Shown here one piece after another: positions 36,085 to 49,421 of a stretch of DNA of 64,000 nt. A program made the position numbers and the translations under genes. Position 1 is the stretch's first letter. Every line of letters starts with the position of its first letter. The stretch lies in NCBI RefSeq assembly GCF_032444005.1, contig NC_091285.1, positions 54,870,001 to 54,934,000 on the forward strand, read 5' to 3'. This stretch comes from Ranitomeya imitator. Lineage: Eukaryota. The notes under the pieces are model-generated. The model was not told the origin of the DNA, did not search any database, and saw only the letters and a program-made list of their open reading frames with translations.

Positions 36085-37654
36085 TCTACTATATAATTGT
36101 CTAAGGGTCACTTCCGTCTTTCTGTCTGTCTGTAACGGAAATCCCAAGTCGCTGATTGGTCGCGACTCGCGGCAAAACAGCCACGACCAATCAGCGACAG
36201 GCACAGTCCAGCGGCAAAATGGCTGCTCCTTACTCCCCGCAGTCAGTGCCTGCTCCATACTCCCCTCCAGTCAGCGCTCACACAGGGTTAATGGCAGCGT
36301 TACCGGACCAAGTTATACCATGGTGTAACGCAGCCCATTAACGCTGCTATTAACCCTGTGTGACCAACTTTTTACTATTGATGCTGCCTATGCAGCATCA
36401 ATAGTAAAAAGATCTAATGTTAAAAATAATAAAAAAAATAAAAAATAGTTATATACTCACTGTCCGTCGGCCCCTCGGATCCAGAACAGGCCTTTACCGC
36501 TCCTCGCGATGCGCCGGTGACTGCTCCATACATTGTGATCTCGCGAGATGATGACGTAGCGGTCTCGCGAGACGGCTACGTCATCATCTCGCGTGACCGC
36601 AAAGCACTCTTGGGACCAGAGCACGTGAGAAGCATCGGTAAATGCTTCGCCTGGATCCGGGGGCCAACGGAAGGTGAGTATATAACTATTTTTTATTTAA
36701 ATTCTTTTTTTTAACAGGGATATGGTGCCCACATTGCTATATACTACGTGGGCTGTGCAATATACTACGCGGGCTGGGTAATATACTACGTGGGCTGTGC
36801 AATATACTACATGGGCTGTGCAATTTACTACATGGGCTGTGCAATATACTACGTGGGCTGTGTTATACACTATATGGGCTGTTATATACTACATGGGCTG
36901 TGCAATATACTACGTGGGCTGTGCAATATACTACGTGGCTGTGCAATATACTATGTGGCTGTGCAATATACTACGTAGTTGTGCTATATACTACGTGGAC
37001 TTTGCAATATACTATGTGGCCTGTGTTATACACTACGTGGGCTGTGTTATACACTACGTGGGCTGTTATATACTGCGTGCGAGGGCTGTTATATACTACG
37101 TGAGCTGTGTTATATGCTACGTGGGCTGTTATAAACTACGTGGCTGTGTTATATGCTATGTGGGCTGTTATACACTCCTTGGGCTGTGCTATATACTACA
37201 TGGCTGTGCTATATACTCCGTGGGCTGTGCTATATACTCTGTGGGCTGTGCTATATAGTACGTGGCTGTGCTATATACTACGTGGCTGTGCTATATACTC
37301 CATGGGCTGTGTTATATACTATGTGGCTGTGCTATATACTCCGTGGGCTGTGCTATATACTCCATGGGCTGTACTATATACTACATGGCTGTGCTATGTA
37401 CTACGTGGCTGTGCTATTTACTATGTGGGCTGTTATATACTACATGGCTGTGCTATATACTATGTGGCCGGCAGCGAACAATCAGCGACAGGCGCGGTCC
37501 GCCCACGAATTGGCGCGGGATTTGAACCACGCTTCGCTAATTGGTCATGACCGGCCGAATCCTGTGTATTCAATGTATTTTTCTAAAATCTTCATAAATA
37601 AACTACATACATATTCTAGAATACCCGATGTGTTAGAATCGGGCTACCATCTAG
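36085..37654 (+). mobile_element. Non-autonomous Helitron
   Basis: A|TC start at 36085, CTAG|T end at 37654, subterminal hairpin cccgat(37624)...atcggg(37643), no TSD. Confidence 0.85.
36735..37468. repeat. ~20-21 bp minisatellite inside the Helitron
   Basis: Degenerate unit tgtgctatatactacgtgggc; source of the YYVGCAI / YTTWAV ORFs. Confidence 0.95.
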
Positions 37655-40600
37655 TATATATATATATACATATATATATATCTGTACCATATTGCAAAAA
37701 TATACTCAGTGATCAGTTAAAAAAACTTATGGCCAGGGACAATGTTATGTGCAGACCATGAGCTGCAGCACTTCTGATACAGCAACTAACAATCCACAGC
37801 AGGGCACATTTAGCGGATAAGCTCGCATGCCTCCAAAGACCCACCTGCTAACGGACACAAGTATTAATATCTTTACCTTCTTTTTTAATGTTTGCCTATG
37901 ATACCAAACCTGTAGATGACATATAAATTAATCTGCTACCAAGACACAAAGAAACAAAATCATATTGAATTGCACTACCCAATGTTTTTATGGGGTTTTT
38001 GAAGCATTTCTAATGAATAAAACTATCTTAATTAAACATGTACTGTAGCCAAAGCATATTTAATCCACACCCCAAAAAAGTTGCAAAAAATGCCATTTTG
38101 CTGATTTCATGAGGTGTGAATTACAAGAAATCTGCATTCTGTTCAATACAGATTTTTGTAAAATTCAAGTAACCTTTTTCTATGCTCAAATATAATTATC
38201 CAACCTATATTGCCTTGCTAGACAGGTTAAAGGGTCTTCAGAGCACAAAAAAATACTGTTTGGCTGTTGTAAAGTGATCATGGGTGACAGCCATAGACGA
38301 GCTGCTGCTCCTTAATCGTGTCCTAGTCTCAATGTGCTGTCAGGTGTGGGGTGTATCACACTCACTTGAAGGCATCAGGCCTCTGCTGTCTGCAGGGCTC
38401 CATCTTCAGGAGTCCCCACACGTAACTCAGGGGACACCATGCTCATTTCAACAAACAATAGTTTACTGGACAGTTCAAGTTTATGAGATTGTAACATTCA
38501 GTGTTGGACAAAACACTTCTTATTTTTGTTTCCTTAAAACCGTATGTGTTCAGCATTGCTATGAGTTCCTCATGGTCTATCCCTATGTTTACTGTTTCTG
38601 TCATCACCAGGGATTTCCCATCTCATCTGCACTACACCTGGGATCCGTTACCTTCCCTTCACGCGGTTCCATTGTCCCCTGTATGCCAGATGATAATGAA
38701 CTCTCCATAGTACCTGTATTGAGCCTTGAGCAGCAGACATTGCAGGAGTGTCCGCAAGGGATTTCAGTAAGGCCTCCCACTGCCTTGAGTAATAAATGTT
38801 TGCTGACACTAGCAGCCCACTGCTCCTGAGCTTGACCTTGATTACTGTACTTCCCTATATGCTGCTACCAGGAAGTAGTTCCTTTTTATTGGGACTAGTC
38901 CCACCTTCTATGGGCTAGTCCCAACTATGTCTCTCCCTACACTGTGTAACTGGGCAGATATCCCTCACAACACAATGTATTATATCAGTTATCTTTTACT
39001 TTACATTCCCTATATTCCTGATGTACACTGTGCCTTTTATACTAACAATACTTATCCCGCACTATACATTATACATTACCATATCACATTATTTACACCT
39101 AAAACTGCAATGCACAGTCCACGCTTCACATGGCAAAATGTATGTCAAACCACATGACACTATTCACATTATAATGCACAGCACAGCATGATTGGTGTCT
39201 TCAAGGGCTGGAATGTGACAATACTGTCTATTTTGTCTAACAATCTTACACTAGCTCTGTAATGAGTCCTTGAACCCCAATTATTACCTTTATTTTCCTT
39301 TTTAGGCTCTCCTGCAGCCTCATACAGCCATCCTTGTGTTTTGTTATGGTTCACTTCCTGAACTTTCTGCCAGTTCTCCATTTCAGCTGTAGGCTACTTT
39401 TCCCAAGAATTTGGGCTGAATCTGTCCCACTCCACACATACTCCTACCATCACTACCCACCAACCCCAACTTCAAATGCAAAGCACTACGTGGAGACTCC
39501 CATACAGTCCTAAGATGGATAACTCATTGCAAACTCTACAGGTCTTATACCTAACATTCCTCCCACTTCACCTAGTATTTTCTATCCTAACACTTTCCTG
39601 AGTCAGTATTGTTACATGTGCTGACACAATGTAGGTGGGCAATGATTCACACAATGTAGTAATTTATTCTGATTTAATCTAGCATTTTGGAATATTCAGC
39701 TACATCCCCTCTGATTAAGTTCACAAATTGATAAGATTTTTTGCTCCCAGCTCTCCCTCCCCTCCCTGTGCACATCCCCAGTTACTGTAAACTTGCTGAG
39801 GATAAGAGGTCGTACTCCTTTATGAAATCATTATTCAGAGGTCACTGCATAGCTGCTGACTGAGCTGCTTACAGCATATACAGGAGATATCTGCTCTCTG
39901 CTTTGAAAAGGCCTGTAGCAAAATTAAAAGCACAACACTCATTTAAAGTGCTTTTTTTTACCACTGGAGTGGTGTCACTACTCAAAGTTCCTTGCCCTTA
40001 GTATTATACTTACCAGGGGCCACCTTCATCTGTTTTCGATGCTATTCTAGCCATCTTCTACTATTGTGTCACCTGCCAGATCACTCTAGTGTTTGCTAGG
40101 TGTTCTGGAAGGCACAACTGTTTATAAGTCTATAGGAGCCAGAAAGAAGCCAGAATGAGGCCTTCATAGATTTACATTGAGAGTTTGTCACCATTACCAA
40201 TGACTTCAGTCAGTCAGATGATGACATGGAACCAGAGAGGTTGCCAAGAACAGCTGAAGATGGTGGTTGTTAAATATAATACTAGGGGCAGGGAACTTAC
40301 ATTAATGGTGCCACTCTAGAGATGAAAAAAAAAACAAGAAAACGCAATAGCGGTTCTTCAGTAAACTTATCTATGGAGTTTCCATACTAGAGAACCGAAC
40401 TTAGGATGAGAGTATGGTGAATGAACCCTCTTATTCACCATACTAACCACAGCAGTGCTGTCTTATTTTTTTTCCAGACATATAATCATCAAGGATAGAC
40501 AGACAGAAATACAGATTGCTTACATAAAGTTTACAATATAAAATAGAAATCCAAATTACTTCTGTAGCTAAATATAAAATAATAAAGTGCAAACTGTGTA

Positions 40601-40699
40601 GCTGTCAGTAGATAAGGAATGTGCAGCTACAGAAATTAACACAGAAAAAAGTAAATAAATAAAACAATTAAACACATATGAATAAGCTTTGCTTCCTAC

Positions 40700-43120
40700 C
40701 TGTATGACGTTTTCAGGATTCTGATCACTACCGGAAGGACCATTCCCAGCAGTAGTTTCCTCAGTGTCTATGAGATTCTCTGTGGGGACGTTCTGCACTG
40801 GTTTCAGATAAGCGATTTCATTCTGCTTGGAGTCCAGAGTCACACACACATCATATGAGAATGGGAAAGGTAAACTGGTATCACTGATCTCAGAAGGACA
40901 TCCCAGGGTGAACTGAGGATACACGTTTCTACTGTATGGCCCGTAGCTTGTAGGAGTACTTGATTTTCTGCATTTTAAGACTACAGTGATCAGTACAGTC
41001 ACAATGAACACAATTGATATGAGAGCGATGGAAACCACCAAATAGAAAGTTGCATTAGAAGAAGTATTAGAAATATTAGGTTGTTTCTTAATCTCTGGAA
41101 CAACTTGTTGAAAGTTCTCAGCCACAACTAATTGTATTGAAACTGTACATGACAGAGATGGGACTCCATTATCCTTCACCAGAACCACAATTTTTTGTCT
41201 TAAAGTGTCTGTGTCCTGAATGTCTCGTCCAATTTTGATTTCTCCAGTATATTGGCCAATGGTGAAAAATGAAGGATCCGGAACTTGTAGTAAGTGATAG
41301 GAGAGCCAGGCGTTGTGTCCAGAGTCAGCGTCCACTGCAATCACTTTGGTGACTAGATAACCTTTCTCAGCAGAGTGAGGAATAAACTCAAATAATGCTG
41401 ATCCCTCAGTGTCTGGTGATGGGTAGAGGATCTTCGGAGCATTATCATTCTTATCAATGATACATATCCTCACTGTAACATTACTGCTTAGAGGAGGAGA
41501 TCCACTGTCTTTAGCCATCACCTGGAACTGAAATTCCCGCAACTGTTCATAGTCAAATGATCTCTGGGCATAGAGAACTCCACTTATAGAATTAATGGAA
41601 ATATAAGATGTCACGGGAATATCGTCTACGTTGCTGTTGAGAATGCTATAACTTATTTTTCCATTTTCATCACCATCAGGATCTGAGGCTCGGACATTGT
41701 GTATTGATGTACCTGGTTGGTTATTTTCTCCAATATACAGAATATATTTCATCTTCTCAAAAACTGGAGCATTGTCATTCACATCTGAGATATTGAGCTG
41801 AATGGTTTTGTTGGTGGACAGTGGAGGAGATCCGCCATCCATACATTGTATGGTGACATTGTAGGAAGGATTTCTTTCTCGGTCCATGCTAGCTGCAGTT
41901 ACCAGTTTATAGTAAGTACTAGAAGATGGAATTAGCTGAAAAGCCAAAGTGTCTGAGATGTGACAAACAACTTCACTATTCATCCCAGAGTCCAAGTCCC
42001 GAATATTTAGTAATGATACCACAGTTCCTGGTGGTGAGTCCTCTGGAATTGTCTCCGAGAAAGATTTCATCAATATATCTGGCGCATTGTCATTGACATC
42101 GATCACTTGCACTGACACCTTGCAATGGGTTACATGACCTCCACCATCTTTTGCCACTACAGTCAGTTCATAGGAATCTGATATTTCATAATCCAAATTT
42201 CCTATTACTTTGATGTCCCCATTTAATGAGTCTATAGTAAATAACTGACGAGCATTGTCAGAAATATGACTAAAGGAATAAGCTATTTCAGCATTGGACC
42301 CTTCATCTTCATCAGTTGCATTTAGATGAATTACAAGAGACCCAATAGCTGCATCTTCATGTAATCTTACATGATATGTGTCCTGATTAAACATCGGCAG
42401 TTTGTCATTAAAATCTTGGACAATAATCCTGACTGTAGCAGTGCTTGATTTCTGTGGGTTACCTCCATCCAAGGCTGTTAATATTAACTCATAGTAACTC
42501 TGTTTCTCTCTGTCCAGAGACTTTTCCAGAATAATTTCTGGATATTTAATTCCATCCGTTGTAATTCTTTCTCCAAGGCCAAAGTTTTCATTGCCGGTCA
42601 GTGTATAACTTTGTATTGAGTTGGAGCCTAGGTCTGGATCTTGTGCATTTCCTAAAGCAAAACGAGCCCCCGGAGAGGTAACTTCACTGATTTCTACTTC
42701 AAAATATTTGTCTGCAAATATCGGTGAGTTATCATTCATATCCTGGATTTCTATGGTGATTGTGTAAAAAGTCAAAGGATTTTCTATCACAGCCTCCAGG
42801 TTTATAAAGCAGTTTGGTTTATTCCCACATAATGTTTCTCTATCAATTCTATCTGATACAAATAAGTCTCCATTTTCCAAATTAACACTGAAATATTGTT
42901 TATTTGTCTGGGACAGAACTTGGAATTTTCTATTTGCCAATTCATCCACACTTAATCCCAGATCTTTTGCCACATTCCCAACTACAGATCCTTTCTTCAT
43001 TTCTTCATGTACTGAATACTGTAGCTGTCCATAGGTATCAGTGATAAAGAAGAAAATAAAGGAAAATACCTGATAAATCTGCTGCCATTGTTTTCTTCTG
43101 TTTCTTGATGTATCAGTCAT
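40700..43120 (-). CDS. pcdhg: Clustered protocadherin gamma-type variable exon (complete ORF)
   Basis: MTDTSRNRRKQWQQ start; EC1-6, TM, VCD; CAG|GTAGGA donor at 40700/40699. The extra ORF length in the track is intronic read-through. Confidence 0.95.
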
Positions 43121-43345
43121 TTTCAGAAAGCCGTGGTGTAATATGATCCTTTACTGTAATCCTCAAGAAGGCGAGTTGAATTCTTTAAAATCAAAAATCA
43201 TTTGTAAGGATGATACTTTTAGAACAGACAACACCGTGCTCTCTGGAAAGATTGCGAGGTTCCTTGTCTTCTGCACTATTAAACTACAATGAAATGCTAG
43301 AGGATTTTTTTCTTGTTTGAATGAAAATTCATACACAGTATTCTT

Positions 43346-43377
43346 GTGCCACTTAGTGTTTAAAAACGGGAACTGCA
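43346..43377 (-). promoter_or_regulatory. Pcdh promoter CSE, CTCF-like site
   Basis: Minus strand TGCAGTTCC-CGTTTTTAA-ACACTAAGTGGCAC, 225 bp upstream of the ATG; full TGCAGTNCC upstream module. Confidence 0.8.
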
Positions 43378-44696
43378 ACCTCTCTATGAAGTGTAGATTT
43401 TTCAGACACGAAAGTTTTATTTCACATTTTTTGTGCCTTCTAACCATGCTTGAATGATTTTAAATATGAGAAAAAATCTAGTAATTGCATAGATAACAGG
43501 TTTCTTTACTGTGAAGTCAAAGTAAAGCTGCTTTATCATATACTGGCTGAAATGCTCAATTTACAATTAATATTGATTTACTGATATTTTTCTAATAAAA
43601 ATTAATCACATCCTAAAAATGACCTTTGTTACATTAGCATATACTTCAATAATATAAAACTGCTTAATCTACTTCACTCATTTATAAATTCGATAATCCA
43701 AGAGCAGAAAACATAAGTATTTGTTAAAAGGGTTACTCAGGATTATTTTATTTTTTAACTATAGGTTTAAAAACTAGCAGGCAGGTAGTTGTTGCCTGTT
43801 CTGCCTGCCACCGATTTCTGATGGCTCCTTCCGGTGATTCTGCAACTTCCGCTGACGTCATATTGATGGAGTAGCAGCTCTGTTGACAATGAGTGACAGC
43901 TTATGTCATACAGATTGATAATGGCTTCCCTGGTGCATGACTGCGGGGAGCTGTTTGTCAATCAGCATGACATCCGCTGTCACACCCCATCGACAGAGAA
44001 ACTAGGAAGTAGAGCTGCTCTGTTAATGTGAAGCAGCAGGATCACCGGTTGGTTTGGTCCATGACCGCTCTGAGTTGCACAATGGTAGAACAGACAGCTA
44101 GTTAGCAAATACCTACCTGTGAGCACTTAGGGCCCACAGTAAAAAAAAAATTGGAAATTAGTCCTCGGTAACATCTATAAGTTAGAATTAGCCATAATTT
44201 AATAACACATGTATGCAAATATTGGGTTTATGAAAAGTGTTTCAAATCCTATGACTGATTCTTATGTTTTCTTTTGCCCCGATTTAAAAAAAAAACATTT
44301 ATTTTTTAGCCATCATGAATGGATTTTGAGCAAAATGTGTTAGAAATTGTATGCAAGAGTTCCGAACAAGAAAAATCTTTATTGCAGTCAAAAATGTACA
44401 CCATATTCTAAATAAAATAGAGCCAAAAAAAACACATGGGCTACTTGCACAGTGAACAAGTCTGTAGAAACTTGTGCACACCACCAAGAAACTTGAAGAC
44501 ACAAAAAGAGCACAGCGAGGTCAAAAAATACTCTGTTGTAAAGAAGTCACAGTAAATGAGCAAGTGCTAGTCAAAAAATTAAAAAAAATACAGGGTATTT
44601 AGTGAATACTTTTTTTACAAAAAAATGTATATTAAGCTGCATTAGATAGGACTGCTCTATTATGGGTATACCTTGGCGATTGGTGGAGCAGCTTAA

Positions 44697-45118
44697 GGGT
44701 ACTTTCACACCAGCGTTTTCTGCAATCCGTCACAATGCGTCGTTTTGCAGAAAAAAACGCATCCTGCAAAAGTGCTTGCAGGATGCGTTTTTTCCCCATA
44801 GACTTGTATTGACGACGCATTTGCGACGGATTGCCACACGTCGCATCCATCGAGCGACGGATGCGTTGTGCTTCTGCGGACCGTCGGGAGCAAAAAACGC
44901 TACATGAAACGTTTTTTGCTCCTGACGTACCGTTTTTTCCGACCGCGCATGCGCGGCCGGAACTCCGCCCCCACCTCCCCACACCTTACAATGGGGCAGC
45001 GGATGCGCCGGAGAAATGCATCCGCTGCCTCCATTGTGCAATGCGCTAAATGCTAGCGTCGGAATCTCTCCCCGAAGCATTGCGACGGGGAGATTCCGAC
45101 GCTAGTGTGAAAGTAGCC
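44697..45118. mobile_element. Harbinger-type MITE
   Basis: TIRs gggtactttcacac / gtgtgaaagtagcc with TAA/TTA flanks. The duplicate sequence at ~45560 (gcagcttaatatag) lacks it. Confidence 0.85.
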
Positions 45119-45789
45119 TTATATACATTTTTTTGTAAAAAAAAAGTATTAACTAAATACCCTGTATTTTTTTCATTTTTTGACTAGCACTTGCTCATTT
45201 ACTGTGACTTCTTTACAACAGAGTATTTTTTACCTCGCTGTGCTCTTTTTATGTCTTCAAGTTTCTTGGTGGTGTGAACAGGTTTCTACAGACTTGTTCA
45301 CTGTGCAAGTAGCCCATGTGTTTTTTTTTGGTTCTATAATTGTTCTCTTGTTTCTACAAGACTGGGGAGTCCACCACTCCTCTGTGGGCCATTTGCATAG
45401 AAGCTGTTCCACCCTGGATGTCCACATGGATATTTTCTCTCTGAACCCTGCTTATACAGGTACTATACAGATGATCAGGTTTTTAATACATCAGATAGGG
45501 ATTATATACATTAGATAGGACTGCTCTATTATGGGTATACCTTGGAGATTGGTGGAGCAGCTTAATATAGATTTTTTTGCAAAAAAAGTATTAACTAAAT
45601 ACCCTGTCTTTTTTTTCACTTTTTGACTAGCACTTTCTCATTTACTGTGACTTCTTTACAACAGAGTATTTTTTGACCTCGCTGTATTCTAAATAAAATG
45701 TATTGAACATTTATTCTGAAACTTTATTGGAAATAAATTCTTGCACCTTTTCCTTTTTTTCTCAAAACCTCTCTTAATACCTTGTCTCT

Positions 45790-46660
45790 TATAGAAGGCC
45801 TGAGGTTTTTCTCTGTGAAGGGGTGAAGAACCCCATCATGTTCACGCTCCATCTACCTTGGTATTGTTGTTTCTTCTCCTTGATATCTCCTTGCTTTTCA
45901 CTAACAGCACCAAGATTTTCAGGAAAGTAGTCCAAATGGAAATGTAACTTCAAATTCATAAGACAACCCACGGCTTTGAAATTTTTCATCATGTTCTCCA
46001 AAGTGGACTTACATTTTGGATCTTTGTTGTTACCTAGAAATTTTTTAATGACTTCTTTAAAAGAATCCCAAGCCCTTTTTTCTCAACAGCTTTAATTTTT
46101 GTCTCAAACACATATTCCTTCATGAGTTTCCGAATATCCAGATCCCAAAAAAGTTCTTTCTTCAGTTTTGCTTCAGACAGTCCCTGAAACTTGGTGCACA
46201 GGTACTTTAAGGTCTCTTCTTCTTTCGGTAGAGTTTTCACAAATTGCTTCATCAGTCCAAGCTTAATGTGGAGTGGTGGCAGGACTGGGATCAACCAAAC
46301 TTTCCACAACTATATTCTTGAGTCCAGGTTGCAAAGATGTTTTCGTTGGACAACTTTCTTAGCTCCAGAGATGAGTCCTATCCTGGCTTTCTCATTCAAG
46401 TAAAAAGCATGTGTACTTCTTGTATTCGCCTTGCGGACAAAGTAGCAAAGGGAGAACTTTCAGATGACCACATATTGACCATGCTTGATCCTCATAGCTA
46501 ATTGCGTTGAAAATAAAGTCTAAATTCTTATAGCTTTCCTTCAAGTGCACATAAAGCCCTACAGGCACTGAAGCATACTTGCTGCCATTGCGCAGTAGCA
46601 CAGCTTGCAGACTTTTTTGGGATGAACCAACAAAGAGTCTCCACTCACCCACATTGTACT
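45790..46660 (-). mobile_element. Decayed DDE transposase, probably CMC/Chapaev3-like
   Basis: WRLFVGSSQKSLQAVLL, WSICGHLKV, LPPLHIKLGLMKQFVK and HLDYFPENLGAVSE across broken frames. The superfamily name is from memory of these motifs. Confidence 0.6.
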
Positions 46661-48097
46661 CAATGTCAGTGCTTGTAAAAGAAAACTACATGATGGAATT
46701 TTTTTGATATTTTTACTGAGTTCAGCGATTGAAAGTAAATATGATTCACCACTCACTTTTCAAAAAATGTTACCCTGTGTATTTATTATATTAGAAAATA
46801 AATGTAATCATTAAAATGAGATCCCCGTATATGCACAGTACTAATTATAATTATTTATTAGTATATTAGTTCTACATAAGGCCCACATCGATACACCAAA
46901 TCAGCAATTGTGTTTTTGTTGCCTTTTCACCAATCATGTGCTATTTATAATATTAATGTCTTTTTAGGGTTTGTTCACATAGTGCTTTTTTCATAATTTT
47001 TTGGTAAAAATGCAGAATGTTGGCAGAAAAAACGGCATGTACTTAAAGTGTGTTATTGATGCATTTCTCATACATAGGTTTATGCTTCTTTATTGCATTT
47101 TTTATTCATTCATTGAATCGGTAAAAAAACACATTATAAACGCGGTAAGAATAAAAGAAGAAAAAAAATGTACAGCAGCACAAAAAAAGCAAACAAATAA
47201 ATACACTTTCATTTATTTGCCTGCTACTGTAAAGCACTTTTGACAAACGTAGCTAAAACTCTACATGTGATCAAGCCCTTAGATGGAGGGGAGTGTTTGG
47301 CTCCTCACAGGCACTCTCCGATTACTGCTTCCTGTACATCTCCTATAGCTACACCCCTGTATTCTTGCTCCTTCAAGTCCCATATCTACAATTCACTATT
47401 AGGATTATCAATACATTCCAAAAGTCGAATATTCTATTAATACTAGAAGACGACTATTTGCCAGTCACTTCTCTTACTCCCATTTGCCAGATCAATTAAT
47501 ATATTTGCGTTGCAACCCATGATATGTTTTGATAAGACATTATGACATATTCTATATATTATATTATATATGTCACGTTACTAAAAATGTATAAAAATGC
47601 TAGAAATCAATTTGAATATGGTAAAATTTATGATTAAGCTTCTTTTTAGTATAGATTATGTTAGTATATATACTTTTGTGTTAGAGATATTATGACTAGT
47701 TATACACTTTATATGTTTTTTCTACTTCACAGTGGAGGATATTTTATGCATTTTATGGCTAAAAAGGGAACCTGTTACTTGATTCAAGCTATCCAAACCA
47801 TGGACAGCATGAATCAGAGTCTGGCTGCATGATTGCTGTCACTGTGACATATAAGAGGAAATATAATATGAAGATCCACTAAACCCAGGGACTAGAGGGA
47901 GCGACAAGATTAGCCTGGTGTGGCCCTTGCCACCTTTTCCCCACCTTTCAAGTGTTTGACAAGTCTCTTCCATGTTGGTACCTAGCGAGACACTTGTCAA
48001 TCACCTGGATCGACACTGGGAAAATCTGTCCAAGGATGTCTCCAAACTAGTCTGGTCTCTGCCTATGGTCCTAAGCTTTTCAGTTTTTCAAACTATG

Positions 48098-48499
48098 GGG
48101 GTGATTCATCAAAGATTTTTTGCCAGATTTCTGGTGAAAAAATCTTTGAAAACATTCAATGTTATTGTGCAACCCAAGGTTACACAAAAGGTGACTATTG
48201 GCGTCATTCTTGCCCAAGCTCTGACAAAGTGGGTGGAGGTGGGACAGAACAGGAGCATCGAAGGATGAGGAGGCCACTGCTTGTCAAATTCATGACAAGT
48301 GGTGGCATTCGCTAAGTCACAAGACTTATTCCAACAGAGGTTGGAGTAAGATTTTTGGCGAGGCGCACAGAGCAGTGCATGCCACTATGTGCCTGATTCA
48401 TTAACAGGTGTGCGCCTCTTAATTATTCCGGAGAGTCTTCTCTAAAACACCCCCTCATCGAGATCAGCCAGAGAATCACTGATCTTGATGAATCGCCCC
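48098..48499. mobile_element. MITE
   Basis: TIRs ggggtgattcatcaa / ttgatgaatcgcccc. Confidence 0.65.
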
Positions 48500-48662
48500 T
48501 TATATTTTCTCTGAAATGATGAAGTATAAAATATACCTGGCTGAAATCGTGCAGTCGGGCTCTAATCCTAGCTGCCCTTTGTTTTGGCAACATGAAGGAC
48601 ATCACAATTTCCCTTTAATTTTTCCATTATGTTGAAAAATATATTAATGAAGAAAACTGTAA

Positions 48663-49421
48663 GGCTATATTCACACTTAGCGGTTTTTACCGCGGAACCG
48701 CCGCGATTTTGATGCTGCGGGTCCGCAGCAGTTTCCATAGCGTTTACAGTAACATGTAAACCCTATGGAAACCGCAAACCGCTGTGCACATGCTGCGGGA
48801 AAAACCGCGTGGGATCGCAGCGGTTTACAACCCGCAGCATGTCACTTCTTTGTGCAGAATCGCTGCGATTCTGCACCCATAGGAATACATTGGGGCTGTG
48901 CCCACGTTGCGGGAAGTAAGCGGATAATGTGCGGGTGGTACCCGGGGTGGAGGAGAGGAGACTCTCCTCCAGGCCCTGGGAACCATATTTGGGGTTAAAA
49001 AATAAAAAATCTGGTTATACTCACCCTCTGATGTCCGGAGCTCCTGGGCGCTGCACGCGGCCGTCCGGTCAGAGTTGCTGTGCGACCAGGACCTGCGGTG
49101 ACGTCGCGGTCACATGACCGTGACGTCACGAAGGGTCCTTCTCCCACAGCATCTTTGGAACCGGACCGCCGGGTGCAGCGCCCAGGAGATCCGGACATCA
49201 GAGGGTGAGTATAACCAATTTTTATTATTTTTAACATTACTATTGATGCTGCATATTGCTGCATATGCAGCATCAATAGTATAGGCAGAAACCCGCAGCG
49301 GAAAACGTGGAACAAACCGCGATAAATCTGCAGGGAGAACCGCAGTTGTTTTGCCCTGCAGATTTATTAAAACTGCTGCCGGAGAACCCGCAGGGACCCG
49401 ACGCAAGGTGTGAACATAGCC
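48663..49421. mobile_element. Harbinger-type MITE with internal inverted repeats
   Basis: TIRs ggctatattcacac / gtgtgaacatagcc with TAA/TTA flanks; internal palindrome around 49010-49215. Confidence 0.8.

Noticed and set aside
36748-37761. Tyr/Cys/Trp-rich ORFs
   Set aside because: Translations of the Helitron minisatellite.
38230-38880. Possible decayed Tx1/L1 ORF1 (KVKLR, IYYSRQ, CPLSY pieces on the minus strand)
   Set aside because: Matches are too short and fragmented to support a call by eye.
39950-40330. Possible further Kolobok/T2 MITEs (also ~47760 and 50020-50225)
   Set aside because: Termini are too decayed to fix boundaries.
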